Of a stretch of DNA of 64,000 nucleotides, positions 19,248-29,595 are shown piece after piece. The stretch covers positions 7,348 to 71,347 of the forward strand of contig CAYPKG010000007.1 of assembly GCA_964411275.1 (NCBI GenBank), given 5' to 3'. Position 1 is the first letter of the stretch. Each line of letters opens with the position of its first letter. The translations under genes were made by a program, and so were the position numbers. The notes beneath the pieces were generated by a model that was not told the DNA's origin, did no database searches, and saw only the letters and a program-made list of their open reading frames with translations. Origin of the DNA: an uncultured Oscillospiraceae bacterium. GTDB taxonomy: Bacteria; Bacillota; Clostridia; Christensenellales; CAG-138.

Positions 19248-20144
19248 TTATGAAGTCCTGATCGATCCAAAAAACGCAACGCCCACAGCGCCCGGCCCGG
19301 CATGGCAGCCTATGATCGGCCCCATGGGCAAGACCAGCACGTCGCCGCACCCAGCCTCATCCTTGAGGGCTTTTACCAGCGTTGCCGCCAGCTCCGGCGC
19401 GTCCGCATGGGTTACGCTGATGACCTGGGTATTGAGGGCATATCCCGTCCGGCGTACAACAGCAGCCATTTTGCCGATGGCCTCCCGCTCGTCCCGGGCA
19501 TGATCCTGCACCTGCAGCCTGCCGTTTTCGTCCAGCCGGAACAACTGCCGTTTGGAGAACAGGGCGCTTACTGGCAGATTTCCGGTGAATGCGCCGCCAT
19601 TGCGCAGCCAATCCATCATCTGCGGTAACAGCAACACATTGAGGTGCCGGGAGTTTTGCACCACCCATTCCGCCGCCTCGTCGAGAGAACTGCCCTCCTC
19701 GCGCATCTTTGCCGCCTCGAACACCAGCATCCCTTGCGCCATAGAGCAGCTGGCGGTATCCACCAGAACCACCCGCCTGCCCGGATATTGGGGCAGTATG
19801 GCGGAGCGCGCGGCGATTGCCGCATTCATGGTATTGCTTATTGCGCGGGAAATAATCAGCTGCAGCACATCCGTCCCCGCAGCGAGCACAGGCTCCCACA
19901 GGGCGGAAAACGCCTCCGGCAGGACGGGGATTGTATTGGCGGGCACTCCATTGCGAAGGGCATAATAAAACGCCGTCAGGTCCGCCTGTTTGCCCGGCTC
20001 AATCGAGCAGGCCTCCCCCCGCAGCTGATAATGCATCGGCGCAATTTGTATGCCCAATTGGGCAATGCTTGTATGCGGCAGATCCGCACCCATATCGGTC
20101 ATCACTATATATGGCACATCGCGCATACAGCTACCGTCCCCCAT
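19248..20144 (-). CDS. DegV-family fatty-acid-binding protein (tandem paralogue)
   Basis: C-terminal IGCHAGPGAVGVAFF. The start may be the ATG at 20126 instead of 20144. Confidence 0.88.
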   Translation of the reverse strand: MGDGSCMRDVPYIVMTDMGADLPHTSIAQLGIQIAPMHYQLRGEACSIEPGKQADLTAFYYALRNGVPANTIPVLPEAFSALWEPVLAAGTDVLQLIISRAISNTMNAAIAARSAILPQYPGRRVVLVDTASCSMAQGMLVFEAAKMREEGSSLDEAAEWVVQNSRHLNVLLLPQMMDWLRNGGAFTGNLPVSALFSKRQLFRLDENGRLQVQDHARDEREAIGKMAAVVRRTGYALNTQVISVTHADAPELAATLVKALKDEAGCGDVLVLPMGPIIGCHAGPGAVGVAFFGSIRTS

Positions 20145-20247
20145 CCATCGCCTAATCGATCAACATATTATATTATACAAAAAACAAACGCCGTTTACAA
20201 CCAAACAGGGCAAACGGCGCAAACCGTAAGGAAATGTTTACATGTTC

Positions 20248-21528
20248 TTATGAATGTGAAAGCAACAACCTGAAAAATGCAATAGCCTCCATGAAATCCG
20301 TCTCCAGCACCCGCTCATCCACGCCATGCATCAGCGACGCTTTCCCGTGCCGAAAGGGCGTGAGGCGCAGTATATTATCGCATATCCCTGTAAAATAGCG
20401 GGAATCGGTGGCAGCCGTCATCACATACGGCAACACATCTGTCCCCGGGAACGCCGCTTTCGCGCAGGCGGACACCTTAAAGTACGCGGCCCCCTGTAAA
20501 TCGGCGGCAGGCACCGGCGGATGATACAGCGGCATATCCCACTCGAGAGTGGGGGCCAGCCGTTTCATGTGGGCCAATACGTCCTCGATCGTATCCCAGG
20601 GAGCGATGCGCACATTGAATACGCAGCTGGCAGTCTCGGGAAGTACATTGGACATGTCGGAGCCCTTTGCCATGGTTGGCGCGAGGGTGGTGCGGGTCAG
20701 GGCGTCCAGCTTCGGATCCCTCTCCAACAGCGCCATCACGTCGGTACCGGCGGGCAGCAGAGCTGTAAGCTGCTTGATCACCGTCTCCACCACGCAATCC
20801 GTCCCCCGTGGCATCGGCGTATCCGCAAGCGCCACAATTCCCCTGCCTAGCTCTCCCAGCGCCGTATCCTTCGGCGGCGCACTGGCATGCCCCGCCTTGC
20901 CCCGGGCGGTCAGCCGGATATCCGCATATCCCTTCTCCGCCACACATAAGGCCACCACGTCCTTCGTCACGCCCAGCGGGGAAAGATCCACGCAGATTCC
21001 CTCGTCCAGCACCAGCGAAAACCGAAGCCCCCTGCTTTCCAAAAGCCTAAGGGTCTTTGCCGCGCTGCTTTCTCGCATCAGCTCCTCGTCATACCCAAAG
21101 CTCAAATACACATCTCGCTTAGGCGCAGTCCCCTCGGCAAGAAGGCCCTCGCAAGCTTCGCAGATGGCGATGAGCTGCCCCTTCATGTCCAGGGTTCCTC
21201 TGCCCCAAATATACCCATCCTCCGTCAATATCCCGGCAAAGGGCGGGTGCGTCCAGGCCTCCGGGTCGCCCGGGGGCACCACGTCCATGTGGGCCATCAA
21301 CAAAACCGGCGGGAGCTCCGGGTGCAGGCCGGGCCAGCGGTACAACAGCGCCAACCCGTCCACGGTTTCCCTCGTCATGGCCTGGTGCATCAGCGGGTAT
21401 GTGTCTTGTAAAAAATCGTGAAAGGTCAGGAACGGCACAGGGTCCATCTGCCCGCTCTCGTGAAAGGAGATTGTGGGAATACGAACGGCCTTACATAAAT
21501 GCAAGACCGCTTGATCGTTTTTCTTCAT
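20248..21528 (-). CDS. M20-family metallopeptidase
   Basis: Motifs LMAHMDVVPPG, GRGTLDMKG and FGYDEE. The start at 21528 (MKKNDQ) lies 1 nt after the upstream stop. Confidence 0.85.
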   Translation of the reverse strand: MKKNDQAVLHLCKAVRIPTISFHESGQMDPVPFLTFHDFLQDTYPLMHQAMTRETVDGLALLYRWPGLHPELPPVLLMAHMDVVPPGDPEAWTHPPFAGILTEDGYIWGRGTLDMKGQLIAICEACEGLLAEGTAPKRDVYLSFGYDEELMRESSAAKTLRLLESRGLRFSLVLDEGICVDLSPLGVTKDVVALCVAEKGYADIRLTARGKAGHASAPPKDTALGELGRGIVALADTPMPRGTDCVVETVIKQLTALLPAGTDVMALLERDPKLDALTRTTLAPTMAKGSDMSNVLPETASCVFNVRIAPWDTIEDVLAHMKRLAPTLEWDMPLYHPPVPAADLQGAAYFKVSACAKAAFPGTDVLPYVMTAATDSRYFTGICDNILRLTPFRHGKASLMHGVDERVLETDFMEAIAFFRLLLSHS

Positions 21529-21529
21529 A

Positions 21530-22312
21530 TCAATACAACACCTTCGAAAGGAAGTCCTGTAGCCTTGGATTGGTGGGATTGCTAAAAAACAGGTCTGGGG
21601 CATTTTCCTCCAGCACCTGCCCCTCGCTCATGAACAGGCAACGGGTGGCAACCTCCTTGGCAAAGCCCATCTCGTGGGTGACCACAGCCATTGTCATCCC
21701 CTCGTGGGCAAGCTCCTTCATCAGCTCCAGCACCTCCCCCACCATCTCGGGATCAAGGGCGCTTGTAGGCTCGTCAAAGAGCATCACCTCCGGGTTCATG
21801 GCAAGGGCGCGCACGATGGCAACCCGCTGCTGCTGGCCGCCGGAGAGCATGGCGGGATACGCGTCCGCCTTGTCCGAAAGGCCAATGCGCTTTAGCAGCC
21901 GTGTGGCGTTATCGTTGGCCTCCGCCTGGCTCATGAGCTTTAGCTTGATTGGCGCTAACGTGATATTCTCCCGGATTGTTTTATGGGGGAACAGGTTAAA
22001 CTGCTGAAACACCATGCCCATCTTATGGCGCAGGGCGTCGATGTCGCATTTTAACGCCTTCTTCAGGTGCGGCTGCCCTTTTTTGAGCACATGGGGGTCG
22101 TCCGGCGCGCAGGCATAAATCTGCTGCCCCTCGAACCAGACCTCGCCGCTTGTGGGGGTTTCCAAAAGGTTCAGGCAGCGAAGGAGCGTGGATTTCCCGC
22201 AGCCCGACGGCCCGATGATAACCACCTTTTCCCCTTTTGCGATTGTTTGGGTGACGCCGTCTACGGCTTTGATGTCCCCAAAGTGCTTATGTAAATCCTT
22301 AACGCTTATCAC
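21530..22312 (-). CDS. Polar amino-acid ABC transporter ATP-binding protein
   Basis: Walker [10 protein letters not shown], signature [11 protein letters not shown], Walker [12 protein letters not shown]. Confidence 0.95.
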   Translation of the reverse strand: MISVKDLHKHFGDIKAVDGVTQTIAKGEKVVIIGPSGCGKSTLLRCLNLLETPTSGEVWFEGQQIYACAPDDPHVLKKGQPHLKKALKCDIDALRHKMGMVFQQFNLFPHKTIRENITLAPIKLKLMSQAEANDNATRLLKRIGLSDKADAYPAMLSGGQQQRVAIVRALAMNPEVMLFDEPTSALDPEMVGEVLELMKELAHEGMTMAVVTHEMGFAKEVATRCLFMSEGQVLEENAPDLFFSNPTNPRLQDFLSKVLY

Positions 22313-23009
22313 TCTTGGCCAACCTCCTTTCCAGCTTACCCAGCAGCCACGTCAAGATCATGACGAGTATGAGATATATGAGCGCCACAAACAGCAACGG
22401 TGGAAGCGCGTCAAACGTGCGCGAGCGCACCAGCGTAGCGGCATACGTCAAATCCGGCGTGGCGATGACGCTGGCGACGGCGGTCTCCTTCAGGAGCACG
22501 ATCGCCTCGTTGGCTAGCGCCGGGAGTATGTTTTTGATTGCCTGGGGCAGCACGATAAAGCGCATCGTCATATTGTTGGTAAGCCCCAGACTGCGCCCTG
22601 CCTCCGTCTGGCCAACGTTGACAGCCTGAATGCCCGCGCGGATGATCTCCGCCACGTACGCGCCGGAGTTGATGCCAAATGCCAGCATCGCCACTTGCAG
22701 CATGCCGCTGCCCGCGCCAAAGCTCACGCCCACGAATATTCCAAACCCGAATATCATCACCTGTACCATCACCGGCGTGCCCCGGATGACGGTCAGATAA
22801 ACATCGCATATTACCTCAAAGGGTTTTAGCGCCTTGTTATGCTTGGCATATACCTTGCAGATGGCCACCAGCGCCCCCAGTACGATGCCGATGACAGCCG
22901 CGCCCAGCGTCAATAAAAGGGTATTCTTTAACCCGTCCAGATACAGCATGTATCGGCCGTCTTTGATGATGTTGTTATAAATGCCGTCTAAAAATTGTTG
23001 CCACCACAT
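22299..23009 (-). CDS. Polar amino-acid ABC transporter permease
   Basis: 236 aa, hydrophobic, with an EAA-type loop TEAGRSLGL. Confidence 0.9.
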   Translation of the reverse strand: MWWQQFLDGIYNNIIKDGRYMLYLDGLKNTLLLTLGAAVIGIVLGALVAICKVYAKHNKALKPFEVICDVYLTVIRGTPVMVQVMIFGFGIFVGVSFGAGSGMLQVAMLAFGINSGAYVAEIIRAGIQAVNVGQTEAGRSLGLTNNMTMRFIVLPQAIKNILPALANEAIVLLKETAVASVIATPDLTYAATLVRSRTFDALPPLLFVALIYLILVMILTWLLGKLERRLAKSDKR

Positions 23010-23068
23010 GTGCCGACCCCTTTTCCCCTATTTATACCGTAAAACAACAGTAAAATTAAATCAGAAAA

Positions 23069-23095
23069 CAGGGGACGCGGTCGCCCGCACCCCTG
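23069..23095 (-). terminator. Intra-operon hairpin + U-run after the binding-protein gene
   Basis: On the minus strand: CAGGGGTGCGGGCGACCGCGTCCCCTG followed by TTTTCT, 36 nt after the SBP stop. Confidence 0.55.
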
Positions 23096-23131
23096 CCGTC
23101 TTTTCCTGTTTTTTCTTCAGCGCCAACGGAC

Positions 23132-23917
23132 TTACTCCACGCTTAATTCCATGTGCTTTTCAATGAGCGCGTCCACGGTGCCATCGTCCAGCAGCTTCCC
23201 AAGGACTTCGTCCACAACCGCTTTCAGGTCATCATTGCCCTTGGCAAGGGCCATGGCGTACTGCTCCTCCGTGAAGGGCTCCTCCAGCACCTTGATGCCG
23301 GTGTTGGCTGCCACGATCTGGCTGGCGGGCATCGCGTCGATGACAACCGCGTCGATCTGGCCGTTGGCAAGCGCCAGTCCCGCGTCGGGGCCGGTCTTGA
23401 AGCGGATGATCTCCGCGCCTTCAATATCGCTTGCAAACAGGTCGCCAGTGGTGGCCATCTGCACGCCGATCTTCTTGCCCGGAAGATCATCGGGGCCGGA
23501 GATTTCAGCGTTGTCTTCGCGCACGATAATGTTCTGGGTGGTGGAGAAATAATCGATGGAGAAATCGACGCTCTGCCGGCGCTCGTCCGAGGCGGTTATG
23601 CCGGCGACGCCAAGATCGCCTTTGCCGGTCTGGATGGCGGGGACGATGCCGTCAAAGTCCATGTCAACAACCTCAAGTGTCACGCCCAGCTCATCGGCGA
23701 TGGCCTGGGCAAGGTCGATGTCCACGCCCGCGGGCTTGTTGTCGCTGCCCAGGTATTCAAAGGGCGGGAACGCGGCGTTCGTGAGCACGGTCAGCTTCCC
23801 TGCGGCTTTGATTTTATCCACAGCTGTCTGGGTCGCAGCGGGCTTCGCGCAGCCTGCCACCAGCGCAAGGGCAAGTATCAGCACCAGCATAAAAGCAATC
23901 CATTTCGTATTCTTCAT
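23132..23917 (-). CDS. Amino-acid ABC transporter substrate-binding lipoprotein
   Basis: Signal peptide with lipobox LVAGC. Family-3 SBP fold pattern. Confidence 0.9.
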   Translation of the reverse strand: MKNTKWIAFMLVLILALALVAGCAKPAATQTAVDKIKAAGKLTVLTNAAFPPFEYLGSDNKPAGVDIDLAQAIADELGVTLEVVDMDFDGIVPAIQTGKGDLGVAGITASDERRQSVDFSIDYFSTTQNIIVREDNAEISGPDDLPGKKIGVQMATTGDLFASDIEGAEIIRFKTGPDAGLALANGQIDAVVIDAMPASQIVAANTGIKVLEEPFTEEQYAMALAKGNDDLKAVVDEVLGKLLDDGTVDALIEKHMELSVE

Positions 23918-24079
23918 GTTCTTCTTCCTTCCTTTCAGGTTATCCTTGCATAATTATACTATTAATTTACGATAAATCAAGGTATTTTTGCAAATATACC
24001 CTGAATAGGACGAATAAATAAAGATATTTCCTCTAAAATATACCGTTTCACAACGGGCAGGAGCGTGTCCGCATCGATA

Positions 24080-25093
24080 TTAATTGAGAATGCCCGCGTG
24101 AATGCTGGAAAGGTCCTTGCACCCGGTCATGATCATGGCTTGCAGCAACTGTGTGGTGTATGTTTTGATCACGGTAGCCACCCCTTCGATGCCGCCGCCA
24201 TACGCGCCCCAGCACAGGGGCCGGCCCACCAGCACGCCGTCCGCGCCCAGGGCAAGAAGCTTTAGCGCGTCCACGCCGGAGCGCACCGCACCGTCTGCGA
24301 GGATCGTCATGCGCCCCTTAACCTCACGGGCGATGTCGGGCAACACCTCCGCCACGCCGGGAGTGCCGTCCAGCACCCGCCCGCCGTGGTTGCTGACCAC
24401 AATGCAGTCCATCCCGGCTTCTGCGCAGCGCACCGCGTCATCCACGGTCATGATGCCTTTTATGATGAGGGGCACCGACGGCACAAACGCTCTGATCTGC
24501 TTCAATTGCGCCACGGACTTGGGCCCCACCGGTTGGCCTTTTAGCTTCATTGTAATGAGCCCCGCTCCGTCCACATCCATTCCAAGGGCCACGGCCCCGG
24601 CTTGGAGCGCCTCCTCAAAGCGGGCGCGGATTTCGTCAAGGTCCTGCCTGGGCTTTATGATGGCCACGCCCCGGCCCGCCCGGCGGATGCTTTCAAGCGC
24701 CGCCTCGTACTGTTGTGCATTGCAGGGATCGCCAATCCAGCCAAGGCTGCCCGCCGCGTGGGCGCCCTCGACGATGGCGTCCACGAAATCAAACTCGCTC
24801 ATGGGGCCGCAGTTGATGGCGGCGCTGGTCATAGGCCCCGTCATAATCGGGGTGGCCAGCTTCATGCCGAGGAATGTAAAGCCCGTGTCCGGCTCCGCCG
24901 CGTCGTGTAGCGTGCGCATGTTCAGCTTGACCCGGGAAAGTGCCTTGGCGTTTTCCATAAACGAGGAACCGGTGATAGAACCGCCCATTCCCGGCACCTT
25001 TCCAGCGCATGCCCTGCCGTCGCAAACCGGACACAGGCTGCAATATCCCTTCATTCCCTCCCGGGCTGCGGCGCGCAATGTATTCATATCCAT
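24080..25093 (-). CDS. FMN-dependent alpha-hydroxy-acid dehydrogenase/oxidase-family protein
   Basis: AGGAGG precedes the ATG at 25093. VSNHGGR motif. N-terminal CSLCPVCDGRAC cysteine cluster. Confidence 0.8.
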   Translation of the reverse strand: MDMNTLRAAAREGMKGYCSLCPVCDGRACAGKVPGMGGSITGSSFMENAKALSRVKLNMRTLHDAAEPDTGFTFLGMKLATPIMTGPMTSAAINCGPMSEFDFVDAIVEGAHAAGSLGWIGDPCNAQQYEAALESIRRAGRGVAIIKPRQDLDEIRARFEEALQAGAVALGMDVDGAGLITMKLKGQPVGPKSVAQLKQIRAFVPSVPLIIKGIMTVDDAVRCAEAGMDCIVVSNHGGRVLDGTPGVAEVLPDIAREVKGRMTILADGAVRSGVDALKLLALGADGVLVGRPLCWGAYGGGIEGVATVIKTYTTQLLQAMIMTGCKDLSSIHAGILN

Positions 25094-25255
25094 ATAAAGG
25101 GTACCTCCTAGCAATGTATTGCTGCTGTTTTTTCTATTGTAATACAAATATTGCTTGTACACAATATTGAGAAACCCGTTCCTCACAGCGAATAAGGGAT
25201 CAAAAAAGCTGTCCTGCATAACAAGCGGAACAGCCTTTGTTTCTCGTTTACCTGC

Positions 25256-25774
25256 CTATGTCCTGTACGCCGCGAGAATTTCACCGAAGTATACGGTATG
25301 GGGGTCGCCGTCGCTGCCCGCCTGCTCCTCGGGGACGTAAAAGCGTGCCGCCACCTCGGGCAGGTCCGCCATAGCCTCCTTCGTCATCTCTAGCTTCATC
25401 AGCACCCGGCATTCAAAATGCATGGCGCATCCCCCAAGCGCGTCCACCTTCCCCGCACGGGCGGGCAAAGTAGTGAGCCCCAGCTTTTCAAGTTTGTCCT
25501 CGTCCCGGCCGGAGACGGTGCCGCAATGCCCCAGCTCCTTCTTGAGCGCCCCCTCAGCGGGGATGGATACCGTGAAATAAGGATGCTCCTGGAGCTTTTC
25601 ATGGCTATACCGGCTTTGGCGCACCAGGATGGTGCACACCGGAATATTCCACACACGCCCCCATTGTCCCCAGCCGATCGTCATGGGGTTGGGCTTTCCC
25701 TCTCCCGTCATCAGAAACACAGCCGAATTCAGCTTATTCGCCGCTTCTTGCAGCAATTCCGTATACTCTACCAT
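25256..25774 (-). CDS. Flavin reductase-like FMN-binding domain protein
   Basis: AGGAGG precedes the ATG at 25774. Sequence PNPMTIGWGQWGRVWNIPVCTILVRQSRYS. Confidence 0.7.
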   Translation of the reverse strand: MVEYTELLQEAANKLNSAVFLMTGEGKPNPMTIGWGQWGRVWNIPVCTILVRQSRYSHEKLQEHPYFTVSIPAEGALKKELGHCGTVSGRDEDKLEKLGLTTLPARAGKVDALGGCAMHFECRVLMKLEMTKEAMADLPEVAARFYVPEEQAGSDGDPHTVYFGEILAAYRT

Positions 25775-25802
25775 ATTTTTTCTCCTCCTGTAAGAATTCG
25801 TA

Positions 25803-27029
25803 TTATTTCGAAACAAGCGCCTCAATTGTTTCCAGCGCCGCATTCAGCTGGGCGTCCTTGCCGGGGTCAAGCCCGTCAATATACGGATCGGTCCAGCCTT
25901 CGGCCGCTTCCGCCTCCACATCGGGAGTCAGTCCCACGCCCTCCACGCTGGTCTCATCCGCGAGAAAATAGGCCGCAATCGTCATCTTCGCCCATCCCTC
26001 ATTGGAAGCGAGCCGCTTTGTGGATTGCACCACGCCTTTTCCGTACGTCTTTTTGCCCACAATCCGCCCCGCATCGTTCTTCTGCACTGCACCGGCAAAC
26101 ACCTCGCTGGCGCTGGCGCTGTTTTCGTTGACCAGTACCACAAGGGGTAACCCCAGCCCCGGCGCCTCCGCCCGGTATTGTGTTTCCTCACCGCCAGCGT
26201 ATCGGACCGTCAATATGATGCCCTCTTCAAGCACCATGTCCGCCATCTCCACAACCCGATCCAGCTCGCCGCCGGGGTTGTTTCTTAAATCGATGATCAG
26301 CCCCTGCATGCCCTTCGCGCGAAGGCCGTCGATGGCGCTTTGAAACTCGCTGACGCACTCCCCGGTAAAGGAGTCCACCCTAAGATATCCCACGTTGCCC
26401 TGTAGCAGCACACCCTCCTCCACCCTGCGCAACACGCTTTTAGTCCGGACAACCGGCAACGTCAGCTCCCGCTCCCCCCGAAGCAGCGTCAGCCGCACCG
26501 TAGTGCCTACTTCCCCCTGTACCACGGCCCGGACTTCCTCCAGCGCTATCCCCAGGACGGGCTGCCCGTCCACCGCCACGATACGATCCCCGGGCATAAC
26601 CCCGGCGGCATCCGCCGCGCCGCCCGAATACACCCGCAATACCACCACACCGTTTTTCTCGTCCGAAAGGCTGATCAGCGCGCCGATGCCGGTGTATTTC
26701 CCGCTCAGGTTCTCAAGATACTCCGCGTACTCTTCTTTGGAGTAATAGGCGGTATACCGGTCGCCGGTGCTTTTTAGCATGCCGGACAGCGCCCCAGACA
26801 GCAGCGTATCAGGGTCGGTTTCTTCCCCATACTGCTCAGACTCAATCAGCTTCATCAACTCCGCCACAGGCCGCACCGCGTTGAGCCCACGGTATTCCTC
26901 CCCGCGCAACACAGCAATGCCGTCAATGACCCCGAGGTGTGAAAGCAAAAGCGCCGCCGATATGCCGCCAAGCGCAAGCATGGCTCCCGCAAGCATAAAC
27001 AAAGCGGCGCGTTTCCAGGATTTTTTCAA
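25803..27029 (-). CDS. S41-family C-terminal processing peptidase with PDZ domain (CtpA-like)
   Basis: TTG start with GAGGGAG RBS. N-terminal TM segment. Motifs GLIIDLRNNPGG, NENSASASEVFAGA and KTYGKG. Confidence 0.9.
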   Translation of the reverse strand: MKKSWKRAALFMLAGAMLALGGISAALLLSHLGVIDGIAVLRGEEYRGLNAVRPVAELMKLIESEQYGEETDPDTLLSGALSGMLKSTGDRYTAYYSKEEYAEYLENLSGKYTGIGALISLSDEKNGVVVLRVYSGGAADAAGVMPGDRIVAVDGQPVLGIALEEVRAVVQGEVGTTVRLTLLRGERELTLPVVRTKSVLRRVEEGVLLQGNVGYLRVDSFTGECVSEFQSAIDGLRAKGMQGLIIDLRNNPGGELDRVVEMADMVLEEGIILTVRYAGGEETQYRAEAPGLGLPLVVLVNENSASASEVFAGAVQKNDAGRIVGKKTYGKGVVQSTKRLASNEGWAKMTIAAYFLADETSVEGVGLTPDVEAEAAEGWTDPYIDGLDPGKDAQLNAALETIEALVSK

Positions 27030-27042
27030 GTTTTTTGCTCCC

Positions 27043-27864
27043 TCACTTCATTACGCACCGGTCCACCCGGTACAGATCCTTCCTGCGGTTTTTCCCCACA
27101 GGAATGCTGCTTCTTAGTTCCTCCAGCAAGCCAAGATCCAGCTCCACCACCGCCAACGCTTCCTCTTCCCCGCAGTCGTAAAGCACAGTTCCATCCGGGG
27201 TGGCCACAAGGGAATGCCCATAGGCGTTTTTCGACTGGGCGGGGGACACCCCGGCTATAAATACCTGATTGTCCAGGGCCCTGGCACGCAGCAGCAGCTC
27301 CCAATGCCGGGGGCCTGTGGTTCGGGCAAACGACGCGGGAAGCGCGATTAAGTCAGCGCCCCTGTCCATCATCAGCCGGGACCATTCCGGGAACCGGATG
27401 TCAAAGCAAATGCCCACGGCGGTTTTCACCGGCCCATCCAGCAGCAACGGGTATTTTTCGCCTGGCGCCACGGTCTCGCTTTCCATAAACCGGTAGCCCG
27501 CCTTGGGCACATCCACATCGAACAGATGCGCCTTTCTGTATTTGCCAAGATACCGGCCCTGGGCGTCGAAGCACATGGAGGTATTATATAGTTTATCCTC
27601 TTTAAGCTCCGGAACAGAACCGCCTATTATAAATAATCCGGTTTCCCTTGCGGTTGTCTCCAGCATTTGCGCCGTCTCGCCGCCCGGACAGGGTTCCGCC
27701 GCGCCGTGAAATAACCGGGTCTCGTATGTGATCGTAAACATCTCCGGCAAAATCGCCATCTGCGCCCCCCGGTCCGCCGCCCGCAGCAGCATTTCCCGGG
27801 CACGCTTGAGATTATCTGTCTTATCGGCAGTGACATTCAGCTGACACAACGCAAGTTTCAACAT
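27043..27864 (-). CDS. Carbon-nitrogen hydrolase (nitrilase superfamily, omega-amidase-like)
   Basis: Glu-Lys-Cys triad contexts LPEMF, RKAHLF and VGICFDIRFPE. ATG at 27864 with AAGGGAG RBS. Confidence 0.9.
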   Translation of the reverse strand: MLKLALCQLNVTADKTDNLKRAREMLLRAADRGAQMAILPEMFTITYETRLFHGAAEPCPGGETAQMLETTARETGLFIIGGSVPELKEDKLYNTSMCFDAQGRYLGKYRKAHLFDVDVPKAGYRFMESETVAPGEKYPLLLDGPVKTAVGICFDIRFPEWSRLMMDRGADLIALPASFARTTGPRHWELLLRARALDNQVFIAGVSPAQSKNAYGHSLVATPDGTVLYDCGEEEALAVVELDLGLLEELRSSIPVGKNRRKDLYRVDRCVMK

Positions 27865-27923
27865 ACAAACGCTCCCTTCTATGTGTATGGCGATGCCCGG
27901 GCATCGCTCATAGTGTATCCAAA

Positions 27924-29396
27924 TTAATCTAAAACCTCCAGCACCCGCCGCCCCATTTCGGATAGTTCGCACACGGCGCTATGCAATACAAGCTTGCCAT
28001 GGAGACCGCTGATCGCCACGGGCACCGCTGCCCCAGTCAGGGCGGAAAGCCTGCGGGCATTTTCAAAATCGTCCTCTTTCGGGGCTTCAAACGCCCCCAG
28101 CACATCGGTCGCAAACTTAAAGGGGTTTGCGGTGGACAGCAGCACCGTATGATTATGATCCGCGGTGGCCTGCACATATCGGTTCAGCATCGTCTGGCCC
28201 ACGGCGGTATGGGGATCCATCAGATATCCCGTTTGTTCAAATTGCGTCCGGATGGTAGCGAGGGTGTCCGCCTCGCCGCACCAGTCTGCCACAAACAGCG
28301 CGCCCATCTTCTCAAGCATCCCGGCGTCCACCTGATAGCTCCCGCCCTCTTTCAGGCTTTGCATGAATGCGCTGACTTTTCCTGCGTCCCTGCCCGCCAT
28401 CTCGAACACCAGGCGCTCCAGGTTGGAGGAAATGAGGATGTCGATGGAGCAGGACATGCTCTTGTAAAACGGCCTGCGGCTGTCATATGCTCCGGTATGG
28501 AAGAAATCCGTCAATACATTGTTACGGTTGGAAGCGCACAGGAGTTTGTGTACCGGCAGGCCCATGCGCATGGCGTAGTACCCGGCGAGGATGTCCCCGA
28601 AATTGCCTGTGGGCACACAGAAATTAACCTTGTCCCCCTGTTGAATGCGGCCCGCCGCAACCAATTGGGCGTACGCGCTCCAATAATACACGATCTGGGG
28701 CAATAGCCTGCCGAAATTGATGGAGTTGGCCGAGGACAGCTGCCAGCCGCGCTGTGCGAGCTGTTCCTTAATGTCCGGATCGGCGAATATTTTTTTGACC
28801 CCTGTCTGGGCGTCATCAAAATTCCCCCGAACGGCGCAAACATGGACGTTGTTCCCCTCCTGGGTGACCATTTGCATCCGCTGGGCGCGGCTTACGCCGC
28901 CGTCGGGGTAAAACACCTGTATGGCAGTGCCGGGCACGCCACAAAAGCCCTCCAGGGCGGCCTTGCCCGTGTCGCCGGATGTGGCCACAAGGATGTATAC
29001 CTTTTTGTCGGTGCCGGTGCGCGCGATGGAGTCGCGCATGAGATACGGCAGCATTTGCAGCGCCATGTCCTTAAACGCCAGGGTGGGCCCGTGCCAAAGC
29101 TCCAGCACGCTTTCCCCAACCCTTAAGGGCATAACGGGGGCGATAGCGGGCGTGTCAAACCGGGGGCCGTAGGCGCTTTTGATCAGGGCCGTTAGCTCCT
29201 CCTCCGGGATGTCCAGGTATTGTCCCATAATAAGCCGGGCCATCCCCTGATAATCCTGAGAAAGCGCCAACGCCGCGCCTAGCCCGATCTTCGGGAACGC
29301 CTCGGGCACGTACAATCCGCCGGACGGGCAAATGCCCCTGACGATGGCCTCAGCCGCCGACACCGGCGCGCCCCCCCGGGTGCTCAGATACCGCAT
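27924..29396 (-). CDS. thrC: Threonine synthase (long, E. coli-type)
   Basis: 490 aa. PLP-lysine context GPTLAFKDMALQ. Confidence 0.9.
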   Translation of the reverse strand: MRYLSTRGGAPVSAAEAIVRGICPSGGLYVPEAFPKIGLGAALALSQDYQGMARLIMGQYLDIPEEELTALIKSAYGPRFDTPAIAPVMPLRVGESVLELWHGPTLAFKDMALQMLPYLMRDSIARTGTDKKVYILVATSGDTGKAALEGFCGVPGTAIQVFYPDGGVSRAQRMQMVTQEGNNVHVCAVRGNFDDAQTGVKKIFADPDIKEQLAQRGWQLSSANSINFGRLLPQIVYYWSAYAQLVAAGRIQQGDKVNFCVPTGNFGDILAGYYAMRMGLPVHKLLCASNRNNVLTDFFHTGAYDSRRPFYKSMSCSIDILISSNLERLVFEMAGRDAGKVSAFMQSLKEGGSYQVDAGMLEKMGALFVADWCGEADTLATIRTQFEQTGYLMDPHTAVGQTMLNRYVQATADHNHTVLLSTANPFKFATDVLGAFEAPKEDDFENARRLSALTGAAVPVAISGLHGKLVLHSAVCELSEMGRRVLEVLD

Positions 29397-29595
29397 ACAA
29401 CACTTCCTCCAACGATCATAAATATAGGGGAAGGGCGGGTGTTTTTCAGCCCGCCCCCATAAAAACTTATATTCTTCAGTCCAGGGCCGCTCCCCTTATA
29501 CTATTCCTCTTTTTCAGATCGCTTCCATATCATTTGAAGCGGTAAAATAGTATTTCCCAATCCGCAGGTATAAAACTCATCCGTGCGGATTAGCG

